Positions 38,576 to 48,601 are shown, counted from the stretch's first letter. The stretch is 64,000 bases of DNA from an uncultured Candidatus Saccharibacteria bacterium (GCA_964474435.1 CAYYSI010000002.1:26193-90192), one strand, 5' to 3'. Numbers and translations are program-made. Notes: a model not told the origin generated them from the letters alone.

Positions 38576-40315
38576 CTACCGCTCCCCAACCTGCTGGCGC
38601 CACATCGCTTGATAGAGTCCATGCTTCTCGAGGAGTTGGTCGTGGGTACCACTTTCGCTAATACTTCCCTTTTCCAACACATAGATACGATCTGCATGCA
38701 TAATGGTCGAGAGTCGGTGTGCGATGAGGATCGTGATGCGTTCGTTCATGGCAGAGACATCTTTGATCGTCTTACTGATTTCTTCTTCGGTGAGCGAGTC
38801 GAGTGCAGATGTTGCTTCATCAAATACGAGAATGTTTGGATCACGCAAGAGTGCTCGCGCAATCGAGAGACGTTGCTTTTCTCCGCCTGATACCTTCACA
38901 CCACCTTCACCGATCACGGTGTCGAGTCCCTTGCCACCACGTTCAAGCAGGTTGTGACACTGTGCCTTTTCAAGTGCCTGAAGCATTGATTCGTCAGTTG
39001 CGTTTGGATTAACGAACAACAGGTTTTCACGAATAGTACCCGAGAAGAGCTGTGTGTCCTGTGTCACAAAGCCGATCTGCGTGCGAAGCTCATCTTTGTC
39101 GATCGCATCATACGCAATGCCGTTGTATTTGATCGTGCCGTCAGTTGGTTCATAGAGTCCAACGAGGAGCTTCACAAGCGAAGTCTTGCCACTTCCTGAT
39201 GGACCAACGAAGGCGATCGTCTCGCCGCGATTGACTGCATAGTTGATAGAGGTAAGTGCCTGGTTGCTTGCGGACTTGTATCCAAATGATACGTTGTCGA
39301 ACTCGAGTGTGGTAACGTCTCCAACACTTTTTGGATCAGCCGCACGAGGTTCGGGCTCGGTGTTCATGAGTATCTCGTAGTTTGCAAGCGACGCTTCTGC
39401 TTGGCGATATGTCGCAATGTATCCAGCAATCTGTGTCAGTGGGAAGAAGAGATAGAATGAATAAATGTTGAGTGAGAAATATTCACCGAGCGTGATCTTG
39501 CGGGTAAAGATGAGGTAGAAAAGGAACAGATAGATAACTGCGCGAATGAGGTTGGTCACTGTTCCTTGGATGAAGTCGAGCGTGCGGACGTATTTGAGTT
39601 TCTTGAGTTCGAGTTTCAAAATTTTTTCAGTCGTGAGATTGAGTCGATCGACTTCTTGACCGGTAAGTCCCAAACTTTTTACGAGCTCGATATTGCGCAG
39701 CGACTCAGTTGTAGAACCAGCGAGTGCCGTCGTCTCTGCCACAATAAGTGTCTGAACTGTTTTGATCTTTTTGGAAAAGACGAGCGTGATTGCACCAATG
39801 ATGAGCACCATCGCACCGTAGAGGACTGGGATAATCCAATACACGGTTGCAGTATATGCAAGGACAAAGATCAAAATGATGCCTGAGAGAAAGAGCACGT
39901 TGATCGTATCTTGCAACAACTTCTCAGTATCAGTACGAGCCTTTTGGAGTTTGCCCAATGTTTCCCCACTTCGTTCGTCTTCGAATACGGCGTATGGGAG
40001 CCCGAGCGAGTGCTCAACCCCTGAGCTATACATATCTGCACCACTTCGCTGACTGACGCGATTGAGGTAATAGTCTTGAAAATTCTTGGCTACACGAGAG
40101 ATGAATGCAGTGCCGATGAATACAAGGAGGAGGCTAATAGTTCCCCTCAGGAATTCTGCTTTTGTAAGCGTCTCAAACTTGAGAGCATAGTTGTCGATGA
40201 TGCGCTGATAGATGATCGGTTCGATCAATGAAAAGACTTGGTTGATGATGGCAAGGCCGACGACGAGCAGGCACATTTTCCAGTATTTGCGGAGGTATTG
40301 TTTGAGGATTTTCAT
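38576..40315 (-). CDS. ABC exporter, fused permease/ATPase
   Basis: Multi-TM N-terminus; GPSGSGKT, SGGEKQR, DEATSALD. Confidence 0.95.
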   Translation of the reverse strand: MKILKQYLRKYWKMCLLVVGLAIINQVFSLIEPIIYQRIIDNYALKFETLTKAEFLRGTISLLLVFIGTAFISRVAKNFQDYYLNRVSQRSGADMYSSGVEHSLGLPYAVFEDERSGETLGKLQKARTDTEKLLQDTINVLFLSGIILIFVLAYTATVYWIIPVLYGAMVLIIGAITLVFSKKIKTVQTLIVAETTALAGSTTESLRNIELVKSLGLTGQEVDRLNLTTEKILKLELKKLKYVRTLDFIQGTVTNLIRAVIYLFLFYLIFTRKITLGEYFSLNIYSFYLFFPLTQIAGYIATYRQAEASLANYEILMNTEPEPRAADPKSVGDVTTLEFDNVSFGYKSASNQALTSINYAVNRGETIAFVGPSGSGKTSLVKLLVGLYEPTDGTIKYNGIAYDAIDKDELRTQIGFVTQDTQLFSGTIRENLLFVNPNATDESMLQALEKAQCHNLLERGGKGLDTVIGEGGVKVSGGEKQRLSIARALLRDPNILVFDEATSALDSLTEEEISKTIKDVSAMNERITILIAHRLSTIMHADRIYVLEKGSISESGTHDQLLEKHGLYQAMWRQQVGER

Positions 40316-40367
40316 AGGTGGACAGTATAGCAAAAACTCCCTTATCAGGAAGTTTTTATCTTTTTAT

Positions 40368-40865
40368 TTATTTCACTGGCATGTCCATGCCGCCCCAGAG
40401 GTTGGAGGTACCGATTGCGCTGTTGCCAGAAGATTTGATGTAGAGGAAGAGCTGCATCTTGTATGCACCTGCCCATTTGAGGAGATTTTCTACAAGGTAG
40501 CGGCCTTTTGTCATCTCGCCCATCCCATAGATATTGATCACGGTTTGCATTTGGGCATCATCAAACTTCTCGAGCATTCCCTTCCAGAGTGCAAGTTGTG
40601 CGTCCATTTTTTCAGGAAAATTTTGCCCTGTTGTTTCTTCTGCCTTCAATGGAGCAGTTTTGTATGCGTCAGTATTTCCTTCATAGATCACATGTGTTGC
40701 ATTCGCAAAAATACTCGAGAGGTATTGGAGGAGCTCGAGTGTCGTGCGCTGGCCTTCGGTTGGCTTATACCCCCATGTACCATCAGGAATTTTTTCCCAT
40801 AGATGTTTGATAATGCGGAATTCGTTTTCAATAGACGCGACAAGGTTTTCTTTGGTGTAAATCAT
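40368..40865 (-). CDS. DinB-like hypothetical protein
   Basis: Y.P....RT..EL..YL and Y..QLFLY.K..G pattern. Confidence 0.55.
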   Translation of the reverse strand: MIYTKENLVASIENEFRIIKHLWEKIPDGTWGYKPTEGQRTTLELLQYLSSIFANATHVIYEGNTDAYKTAPLKAEETTGQNFPEKMDAQLALWKGMLEKFDDAQMQTVINIYGMGEMTKGRYLVENLLKWAGAYKMQLFLYIKSSGNSAIGTSNLWGGMDMPVK

Positions 40866-40884
40866 AGGAGCCCAGTATAGCAGA

Positions 40885-41148
40885 TTATGATTTCCAGCGT
40901 TTGAGCTTGGGGATGTTGCGGGTGAAGTGTGTGCGAAGGATACTTGGGATCTTGTATTCCTTGAGCTTCTCCTTTACCTGCTCGCGCATAGCTTCGGCAG
41001 TGATACCAGGCTGTGTAAATGTACCATTCTGGTAGCAATAACTACAGTACTCAGACGAGAGACTTCCGTCGGCATTTGTTCCTCCTCCCTGCGGGTCTTG
41101 CGACATCGGCATCCCACAACTTTGGCATACTGCTTTTTTCTTGAACAT
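40885..41148 (-). CDS. Zinc-ribbon protein
   Basis: CQSCGMP...GTNADG...YCSYCY..G.F...IP.LKRW. Confidence 0.85.
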   Translation of the reverse strand: MFKKKAVCQSCGMPMSQDPQGGGTNADGSLSSEYCSYCYQNGTFTQPGITAEAMREQVKEKLKEYKIPSILRTHFTRNIPKLKRWKS

Positions 41149-41209
41149 ATAGGGAGTATAGCAGGGATTAAAGACGAGTGGGGATTTAAAAATGGTACTA
41201 TGCACATAC

Positions 41210-41782
41210 ATGAAAACAGTGATTGCACTTATTGCAGCCCTGCTGGCCATCGTCGGCAACGTCCCCTATCTGCGCGATATTATTAAAAAGAACGTACAGC
41301 CACATCCCTATACCTGGCTCGTCTGGTCCATCGTGTCCTGTATCATCTTTTTTGGACAAGTAGCAAAGGGTGCAGGTATCGGCGCGTTACCGACGGCTGC
41401 ATCCGAGATCTTTACTATCATCATCTTTTTCTTCTCTTTGAAATATGGCTTCAAAAATATTCACAAGATCGACACTCTATTTTTAGTCATTGCCTTGCTT
41501 GGCATCATTCCATGGATCATGACCAAAGACCCTACGATCTCTGTTATTATTGCAGTCGGTATTGATCTCACCGCCTTTGTTCCAACGATTCGAAAGACAT
41601 TCCGTAGCCCAAAAACAGAAACACCCACACTCTATATCACCAATGTCTTGCGCCACATACTCATGCTCTTTTCTCTCCAAGCATATAACATTGCGACAAC
41701 ACTCCACTCGATCGCCATGATCATCACCAATACGATCATGACCGTATTGATTGCGCGTAACCCAAAGCTCGTTCGTCGGTAA
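41210..41782 (+). CDS. Multi-pass membrane protein
   Basis: PY...I......PH..TW..W and PT.RK....P..E duplicated motif. Confidence 0.75.
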   Translation: MKTVIALIAALLAIVGNVPYLRDIIKKNVQPHPYTWLVWSIVSCIIFFGQVAKGAGIGALPTAASEIFTIIIFFFSLKYGFKNIHKIDTLFLVIALLGIIPWIMTKDPTISVIIAVGIDLTAFVPTIRKTFRSPKTETPTLYITNVLRHILMLFSLQAYNIATTLHSIAMIITNTIMTVLIARNPKLVRR

Positions 41783-41807
41783 TACTACTGACTATGTGGT
41801 GCCCAGA

Positions 41808-42209
41808 TTACTTAGTACTCCAGTTTTTCTGCCACGATTTCATTTTTACTATCTCGCCTGTTTGAGCAGCAATGATAGCCTTTGCAAGGTCTTTGAGTTC
41901 CTGGTGGTTTGCATTGGTGAGCGCAAGTGTTGCCATATCAATCGCTCCTTGATGGTGTACAATCATTTCAGAAAGGAATGCTTGGTCAAATGCGTCCCCA
42001 GTCTTTCCTCGAAGTGCTGCATTCATATCCATCATCGCTGACGACATGTCAGACCCATCATTGTTCATCATCGTACCGTCTGGCATTGTATGACTTCCTT
42101 TGCTCATGAGTGGTGCACCGTGCGGAGTGCTCCCCCATATGAGATACCCGGCAAACAAGCCAACGACAAGTGCTCCTATTATACTCACTATTACATTAGT
42201 TTTTTGCAT
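41808..42209 (-). CDS. DUF305 (CopM-like) protein
   Basis: Met-rich linker; FD.AFL.EMI.HHQGAI.MA...II.AQ..EI..M..W. Confidence 0.88.
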   Translation of the reverse strand: MQKTNVIVSIIGALVVGLFAGYLIWGSTPHGAPLMSKGSHTMPDGTMMNNDGSDMSSAMMDMNAALRGKTGDAFDQAFLSEMIVHHQGAIDMATLALTNANHQELKDLAKAIIAAQTGEIVKMKSWQKNWSTK

Positions 42210-42263
42210 ATATGTTTTAAGACTATATCTATTAAAGAAATTACTATTATAAAGCTCTGCTGA

Positions 42264-42779
42264 TTACAGTGTAATCCCTAACATCTGTACCACAATACCT
42301 GCGATAGGGTCAGCACTTAGTCCATATACCATCACTCCCCCTAAAAGCCCAGTGATCACAATAGCAATAAGTCCAAGTACTGCAAGTATCGTCGAGAGGA
42401 CAGGGTGTGTCAAAAGATTTTTGAGAAATTGTACTGTCGTTATAACTCTCGGTGATTTCACTTTTGAAACGATCCACAGCATCGCCACCGAAAGGATCTC
42501 GCCAATCAAAAGGAGTCCGTACATCCACGTCGAAGCAGTAGCAAACAATGCGTGCATTTCAACGAGATCACGGTTGGGGCGCACTATGTGTTCTGCAATT
42601 TCCCCTGTTGAAAGTGAGACAAGGGCGCCAAGTACTCCGAGAAAAAGGAGTGTGCGCTCAATGTGTTTCCAAGTAACAGTCGGAAACCATTTCTGAAGCG
42701 GTAGTATTTTTATGATCGAATACACGAAAAGTAAGGCGATGGGGAAATGAACAAGGATGGGATGGGTGTTATATGTCAT
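42264..42779 (-). CDS. DUF2231-like membrane protein
   Basis: HP.LVHFPIALL, TG, H, TG.LGG.MVY. Confidence 0.75.
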   Translation of the reverse strand: MTYNTHPILVHFPIALLFVYSIIKILPLQKWFPTVTWKHIERTLLFLGVLGALVSLSTGEIAEHIVRPNRDLVEMHALFATASTWMYGLLLIGEILSVAMLWIVSKVKSPRVITTVQFLKNLLTHPVLSTILAVLGLIAIVITGLLGGVMVYGLSADPIAGIVVQMLGITL

Positions 42780-42804
42780 AGTACGAGTATATCAGGAAAA
42801 AATG

Positions 42805-42877
42805 GGGGCCTATCGGGAATCGAACCCGAATCGAAGGTTCCACAAACCTCAGTGTTAACCGTTACACCATAAGCCCC
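42805..42877 (-). tRNA. tRNA-His(GTG), G-1 encoded
   Basis: Full cloverleaf; loop TT-GTG-GA; G-1:C73. Confidence 0.95.
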
Positions 42878-42925
42878 ATGAGTGGTTGCTGATAACAGCG
42901 CTTTTCGTTATACCAGATTTATCCC

Positions 42926-43924
42926 TTAAAGACTAGGTTCTGGTGGTATTACTACCCTCTTTTTGCGTTCAAGGATTGCTTCAAATATCTGGGAACCAAT
43001 AACGGCACAGATGACGAGTCCCACGTAGACACCCAGCCCTCCATAAAATGAGAGGTGGATCTTGCGCAATGACCCTAGGAAAAATGCCGTGTACCAACTC
43101 GTGAGCGACACTGCCCCGAGCGCAAATGCGAGACACCGGAAGTGTCGCGCAGGCACAGTGTCCGTGAATGAAAAGCTTCGCATGCGTGGTGCGACTTTCA
43201 TATTGAGCAGTAGTCCATTGATGATGATAACTCCTACCACAATCACCTTGAGCATAAACTTTGGCGACTCGTTCAGTCGTGCTTGTTCGGGCAAGTACAA
43301 CATGAGGCCTGAGACGACAAGTACTGCAAGTCCAACCCAGATCACGTTGGTGAGTGTGTCCATCGTCCCCTTTTCTTCTTCGGAGATTTTGTCATCCTTG
43401 AGGAATCTAAAGAAAAAGACATCGGTGATCGTCGCACCCCCCAGTCCCAATATAAATCCGATGTTATGAATGATGACCCACCACAACCTTTGCGACGCAA
43501 GAAGTGCAAAGAAATCAGTATGCACATGCCCAAAGAGCGCAACCACAAGGAGAAGTGTTGCAAATGCAGATCCGAGACACCATGCACACCACGCTCTGAT
43601 GACGAGTGCCTGAAGCGCGATGAGATAGATCGAAAATAGCGCACCGCCTATTGTCATGATCGACAGTACCCATAGCAACGTTCCAGTCAAAAGTATTGGA
43701 AACACAAGGACGAGCGCATAGAGCACTCCGACGATGGTGTAGTACGCGATGCCGAGCAATGTATTGTCGATACCAGCCGTCGTTGCAAACGTACTATGCA
43801 CCACCATTTCGCAATTGCTCTCGCGCGGACAAACCAGTCGCGTCTTCTTTTTCTTTTGTCTATATATGTAGAGCGATACGCAAAGTCCGATGAGTGCGCC
43901 AATGATGCCGAGATACAAATGCAT
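42926..43924 (-). CDS. VKOR family protein fused to a C-terminal membrane domain
   Basis: C-x4-C..V..S, CAWC active site; about 190-aa extra multi-TM domain. Confidence 0.85.
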   Translation of the reverse strand: MHLYLGIIGALIGLCVSLYIYRQKKKKTRLVCPRESNCEMVVHSTFATTAGIDNTLLGIAYYTIVGVLYALVLVFPILLTGTLLWVLSIMTIGGALFSIYLIALQALVIRAWCAWCLGSAFATLLLVVALFGHVHTDFFALLASQRLWWVIIHNIGFILGLGGATITDVFFFRFLKDDKISEEEKGTMDTLTNVIWVGLAVLVVSGLMLYLPEQARLNESPKFMLKVIVVGVIIINGLLLNMKVAPRMRSFSFTDTVPARHFRCLAFALGAVSLTSWYTAFFLGSLRKIHLSFYGGLGVYVGLVICAVIGSQIFEAILERKKRVVIPPEPSL

Positions 43925-43948
43925 TTTTAAATTATACCATCACTCTTC

Positions 43949-44956
43949 TTATTCCTTTATTTCAGTCTTGTACACTGACGCGAGTGCATACATAAATGAG
44001 ATCGCAAGTGGACCGACGAGGATGCCGATCGGGCCAATGAGTGCGATACCGCCGAGCACTGAGAAAAGCACGAGGAGTGGATGAATGTCTATTTTCTTGC
44101 CGACGAGGTATGGGTTCAAAAGGTTATCAATAGAGCCAACCAATACCGCTGCCCAGATACCAAACCCGATTGCAGCTCCGGTGTTGCCACTGACAACAAG
44201 GAAAAGGATTGCAGGGATTGCAACAAGAGCTGTCCCGATCGTTGGCACAAGCGATGCGATACCAGCAAGTACCCCAAAGAGTGCGGCATTTGGTATGCCA
44301 AATATCCAAAGCCCGATACCCATGAGTATCCCTTGTGCAAGCGCGATCAAGAGATAGCCCTTCATGATGCCGTTGACTGCTGCATTGAGCTTCGTCAGGA
44401 TCTTGTGACTGCTGTCATCAGAGAGTGGGCTAAACTTCACAAGCGTTTCCTTCCAATCAGTACCGTCCTTGAGGAAATAGAACATCGCGAGTATGACGAG
44501 GAGGAATGAAAAGAGTGTTGCAAGGGTTGCCGTAAATGCATTCCCAATACCATTACTCAGGCTTGCAGTGAGAGCCGTCACGCTTGATTTGAGGTTGATC
44601 GCGCCGCCTGGAAACAAGTTGGTTATAGAGCGATTGAACACACGTGTGATGTTATCAAGTCCCCCATGATCTGATACCCATCCAGCGAGATTTTGTGATT
44701 GCTTAAAGACGAGCGTGCCGACCGTAAAGAGTGGGATACAGAGAACGATAATAAATATGAGCACGGTCAAAAGGGACGCAACCCATGAAACCTTGAGGTG
44801 TTTCTTGAGCAGTTTGTAGAGTGGAAAGAGTACTGCCGAAAGCGCTATAGAAAGAATGATCACCTTGGCAAAGGGCCAGAGTATTGCGGCAACCAATCCG
44901 GCCCCGACAATAAACAGTGCTGCATAAAAGTATTTGCGCGTGGATTGTTCGTACAT
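43949..44956 (-). CDS. AI-2E family transporter
   Basis: P..GT.LV..P, IDN.L.P, HP....FSVLGG....G..G...GP. Confidence 0.88.
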   Translation of the reverse strand: MYEQSTRKYFYAALFIVGAGLVAAILWPFAKVIILSIALSAVLFPLYKLLKKHLKVSWVASLLTVLIFIIVLCIPLFTVGTLVFKQSQNLAGWVSDHGGLDNITRVFNRSITNLFPGGAINLKSSVTALTASLSNGIGNAFTATLATLFSFLLVILAMFYFLKDGTDWKETLVKFSPLSDDSSHKILTKLNAAVNGIMKGYLLIALAQGILMGIGLWIFGIPNAALFGVLAGIASLVPTIGTALVAIPAILFLVVSGNTGAAIGFGIWAAVLVGSIDNLLNPYLVGKKIDIHPLLVLFSVLGGIALIGPIGILVGPLAISFMYALASVYKTEIKE

Positions 44957-45006
44957 AGAGTTAGTTTAGCATGATACGCAAAAATCCCCTTTCGGGAATT
45001 TCCTTG

Positions 45007-45088
45007 TGCGCGCGAGAGGACTTGAACCTCCACGGATTGCTCCATACGAACCTCAATCGTACGCGTATACCAGTTCCGCCACGCGCGC
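45007..45088 (-). tRNA. tRNA-Leu(GAG)
   Basis: Cloverleaf with variable arm; TACGA-TT-GAG-GT-TCGTA. Confidence 0.95.
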
Positions 45089-45089
45089 A

Positions 45090-45767
45090 TCAGTATGTTA
45101 ATTGTTGCTTTCTTTCAACTTCCAAAGCTGTTTCCACCTTTGTACGCTTGCGAGACAAACAAACAACAGTGGGACTATAGTACATTTTTGAAATTATTTC
45201 CAGTGCTTCCCTTTTGGCATACTTGAGCTGCAAAACTGATGTCTTTTGAGTACCAGTTATATGACCTTTGATTCCTATCAATCGCTGTATTGTGCTTTGG
45301 AGCCAATCGACGTGTTTCCTACTTGCAGAAATGAATTCAATATAAAACATGTGGCTCGATTTCCATCGAGGATCCCAATATGAATAAAAAGATCCGTCGC
45401 CATCGAAACATCCACGTAGATAATCAAAGAAGTATTCTTCCGGCACGAGAACGGCCCCAATAGTTTTTGATTTTGCAGGAGTAAGCCCAATACCAAGGAG
45501 AAATTCATAAAATGTTACATCCCCAAACTGCACATGGAAATATTTTTTCTCTGTTGATCTCCCATTTGATTTCACCCCAATCTTTACCGTGAGACCAAGG
45601 CATTTTTTGAAATTTTCAGCTTGTTCCAAATCTTTGGAAGTAAAGCTCATATGGCGCATGTCGTTGTACAAACAACCATCCGTAACGAGTAGCCCTATTG
45701 CATATGCAAAGTTTGCTGACCATTCTATCGGTATGTTCCGTTTTGGTTTTGGTCCCCGCCTCCCCAT
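45090..45767 (-). CDS. Free-standing two-motif LAGLIDADG endonuclease-like protein
   Basis: AYAIGLLVTDG and DYLRGCFDGDG; C-terminal L.RK. Confidence 0.85.
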   Translation of the reverse strand: MGRRGPKPKRNIPIEWSANFAYAIGLLVTDGCLYNDMRHMSFTSKDLEQAENFKKCLGLTVKIGVKSNGRSTEKKYFHVQFGDVTFYEFLLGIGLTPAKSKTIGAVLVPEEYFFDYLRGCFDGDGSFYSYWDPRWKSSHMFYIEFISASRKHVDWLQSTIQRLIGIKGHITGTQKTSVLQLKYAKREALEIISKMYYSPTVVCLSRKRTKVETALEVERKQQLTY

Positions 45768-45846
45768 ACTATTACTAGTATACCTCAAGGTAATAGCGTC
45801 TACCAATTACTTTTCAAAGAAAAAATCCCTGGATGGGATTTTTTGT

Positions 45847-46287
45847 TTATTCCTGATTTGTTGTTTCGATCTCTGGAGTCGTATCTGCAGCTGATTCCAT
45901 CTCTTCCATTTCTTCGGCAACAACCGCGATCTTGCCCCCGAGGATCTGTTTCATCTTGCGGCGGATTTCCTTGGCTGCCTTGTCTCGGATGTAGTAGAGC
46001 TTGCTTCGGCGAGTCTTGGTATGCTTGGTGACTTCGATACGATCGATCATTGGAGAATAGAGTGGGAAAATACGCTCAACGCCCACTGAGTTTGATACCT
46101 TGCGGACGGTAAATGTCGCTGTTGGAGAAGTGCCGTGCTTGCGCGCAAGGACGATGCCTTCGAATGCCTGCAAACGGTACTTGCCCTTATCTTCGATTTT
46201 TGACCAGACGCGCACAGTGTCTCCTGAGGTGAACTCAAGTTTCTGGCGAGCTGCGACGTCGACTGGGGTGAATGTAGTTGATTCCAT
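45847..46287 (-). CDS. rplS: 50S ribosomal protein L19
   Basis: F..GDTVRV, R.Q.FEG.V, TFTVRK, GVERIFP..SP, RR.KLYY.R. Confidence 0.97.
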   Translation of the reverse strand: MESTTFTPVDVAARQKLEFTSGDTVRVWSKIEDKGKYRLQAFEGIVLARKHGTSPTATFTVRKVSNSVGVERIFPLYSPMIDRIEVTKHTKTRRSKLYYIRDKAAKEIRRKMKQILGGKIAVVAEEMEEMESAADTTPEIETTNQE

Positions 46288-46312
46288 ATAGGTCGAAACT
46301 GTATCACAAAAG

Positions 46313-47047
46313 CTATGCTTCTGCAATACTCCCTGTAGCAACCTGGAGAGCCCGTTCAAAATCCTCCGGATAGGGCGCTGTTATCTCGATATTCTCCCCT
46401 GTCGGAGCCATGAAGCTGATAGTCCGAGCATGGAGTGCCACTCGATCAAATCCGAGCGCCTCCTTGCCGCCATAGAGACTGTCCGACACAATCGGCCGCT
46501 GGAGATATTTCATATGGACGCGGAGCTGGTGCGTGCGACCAGTCTGGGGCCACAGATGCATAAATGAAAAACGCTCAGCACCAGATTCAAACTGCTGCAC
46601 TGCTTCCCATTTCGTCACCGCCTCGCGCACTTCGCCTCGCACACCGCGCCCTGCCTGCCACCGACGGAAGTCTCCGACACTTCGACCAATCGGCTCATCA
46701 ACAATCCCTTTTGATTCTTTGAAATGTCCCCACACAAATGCGTGATATTCCTTGTGCACTGTGCGATCTTTGAACTGCTGCTTCAAGTATTCAAATGCTT
46801 CTTGAGTTTTCGCAATGACCAAACACCCACTCGTTTCTTCATCGAGCCGATGCACAATCCCTGGACGCTCGATCACCTTGCCATCGACTTCCATATTCTC
46901 CCCAACCCCCACAATACCCGGCCGCTCCTTCAAAACCCAGTCCACAACTGTCGGCACCTCACTCTTGCCATCGCCATGGGTCCGCAGACCTGATGGTTTG
47001 TTGATGATGAGAAGGTCTGGGGTTTCGAATAGGATTTCTATGGGCAT
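46313..47047 (-). CDS. RluA family pseudouridine synthase
   Basis: NKPSGL, GIVHRLDEETSG, TGRTHQLRVH, LHA. Confidence 0.95.
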   Translation of the reverse strand: MPIEILFETPDLLIINKPSGLRTHGDGKSEVPTVVDWVLKERPGIVGVGENMEVDGKVIERPGIVHRLDEETSGCLVIAKTQEAFEYLKQQFKDRTVHKEYHAFVWGHFKESKGIVDEPIGRSVGDFRRWQAGRGVRGEVREAVTKWEAVQQFESGAERFSFMHLWPQTGRTHQLRVHMKYLQRPIVSDSLYGGKEALGFDRVALHARTISFMAPTGENIEITAPYPEDFERALQVATGSIAEA

Positions 47048-47048
47048 A

Positions 47049-47960
47049 TTACGCAGCTTGCTTTAGGTCGTTACAGTACCCTATTATCGTCTGATATGCT
47101 TCATCTTTTTCAATAAGGTCACAGTACTTATCTACAACATCTTGGTTGTCTGCAATGATGTTTTGTACCACAATATATGCTCGCCCATATACTTCAGCGA
47201 TCCCACTTTTACCTTTGTGTTCTGCGTACGTTCTATATGCATCGAATTGAGCACTTTTTTCGAGCCATGCTTTCACACGAGTGGGATGCTTAGCAAGCAA
47301 CGCATCATCACCATCAGCCCAAAACTTTAATGCCTGCACTGCGTGATCATAATCAAGTGCAATCACCGCAAGAGGTATTGCTGTACTTTCATCAGTATCA
47401 GCCCGTTCATAATACTTTGCCTCGCTTAACTTGTCGTGATCTATAAGATTTTTGACCCGATTAAGCTTCTTAATAATAACTTCTGGACGACGCGAAAGCG
47501 TAACATCTATTGCCACACCAAACTGTTCTTGGTCGAGCTCAACGATGAAATCAATACCATTTTTAAAATCATCATATTCTGCTGTCTTATAGACCATTGC
47601 TCCTGGCAACCAACCATCCTTACCCCCAAGTTTTTCATAAAAAAGAGCTTCAACGTATCGCGATGTTTCCATAATCTCTTGCTGCCATTCGTAGTTATCT
47701 GCTTCAAGTTCCTTGGACTTATTTTTTATATCAAAATTTCTCTTTATAGAGAGTATCTCTTCTTTATCTTTTTCTACCTCTTCTGCAGAATATAACCCGG
47801 CATGCTTTACACCCTGCTTATCTATAAAGGTGCCGAAGTCTTCTTCTAAAAGGGCGCCATCATGCATCTCCTGCAACTTAGTATTCAAAAATTCCTTTTC
47901 GTGTCGTGAAAATACTTCTGGTTTTTGTGGCAGTGCCGAAGCAAATGTTTCGTGTGACAT
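47049..47960 (-). CDS. Hypothetical protein with PD-(D/E)xK-like segment
   Basis: E......EYDD..NGIDF...AIDVT; AT-rich. Confidence 0.6.
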   Translation of the reverse strand: MSHETFASALPQKPEVFSRHEKEFLNTKLQEMHDGALLEEDFGTFIDKQGVKHAGLYSAEEVEKDKEEILSIKRNFDIKNKSKELEADNYEWQQEIMETSRYVEALFYEKLGGKDGWLPGAMVYKTAEYDDFKNGIDFIVELDQEQFGVAIDVTLSRRPEVIIKKLNRVKNLIDHDKLSEAKYYERADTDESTAIPLAVIALDYDHAVQALKFWADGDDALLAKHPTRVKAWLEKSAQFDAYRTYAEHKGKSGIAEVYGRAYIVVQNIIADNQDVVDKYCDLIEKDEAYQTIIGYCNDLKQAA

Positions 47961-47964
47961 ATCG

Positions 47965-48597
47965 TTATAACAACTCTGGTATCTCTGACAAACTCTCAAC
48001 CTGTTTCCATGCATACGGCGCGAGCTCTTTATTATCACCAAGCAAAATACCTTTTGCGTGCTTGAAAAGCTCGAGGCCATTACCCCCATCTTCGACACAA
48101 ATAATTTCCTTTATATCAACTCCATGTTTTTCGCAAAAATCCCCTACCAGTTTAAGTTTGCCATCTCGCTCATCTCCTACCATCGTTTCTATATTAATGA
48201 ATTCATTATTCTCATTGAATACGACTGTGCTTTTTGAAAACCAAATATCTATTCCGAGTTTTTGCGCTATTGTTGCAACAATACTATCGATTGAGCCAGA
48301 AATTATTGCAACAGTATATCCCTTCGCTTTCGCATCATTGACAACTCCTTGCGCATCGGGACGCAATACAACATCTTGAGCTAATGCAACAAGCTCGTCT
48401 TTGGTGATGAGAGAGTTCCTTTTATAAAGCAGCATAAGAGCGTCTATCCAGTCTCGGTATGCCAATTTTTCTTTGAGGTATTTTTCAAAGAGATCCTTAT
48501 CTTCTTCGATAGATATACCGAGCTTCATATTAAGTGCAAGCCAAGTTGGTTGTGGCGTCAGTGTTCCGTCGAGATCAAAGAAAATAACTTTTTGCAT
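47965..48597 (-). CDS. HAD-IB phosphatase (SerB-like)
   Basis: FDLDGTL, ISGS, K, EDGGN motifs. Confidence 0.88.
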   Translation of the reverse strand: MQKVIFFDLDGTLTPQPTWLALNMKLGISIEEDKDLFEKYLKEKLAYRDWIDALMLLYKRNSLITKDELVALAQDVVLRPDAQGVVNDAKAKGYTVAIISGSIDSIVATIAQKLGIDIWFSKSTVVFNENNEFINIETMVGDERDGKLKLVGDFCEKHGVDIKEIICVEDGGNGLELFKHAKGILLGDNKELAPYAWKQVESLSEIPELL

Positions 48598-48601
48598 ATT
48601 G

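Noticed and set aside
42803-42805. Encoded CCA on tRNA-His
   Set aside because: Counting the 7-bp acceptor stem and G-1:C73 shows the first C is the discriminator.
45090-45767. LAGLIDADG ORF as an intein or group I intron ORF
   Set aside because: No splicing termini; the flanking rplS and tRNA-Leu are intact, and there is no room for a ribozyme core.
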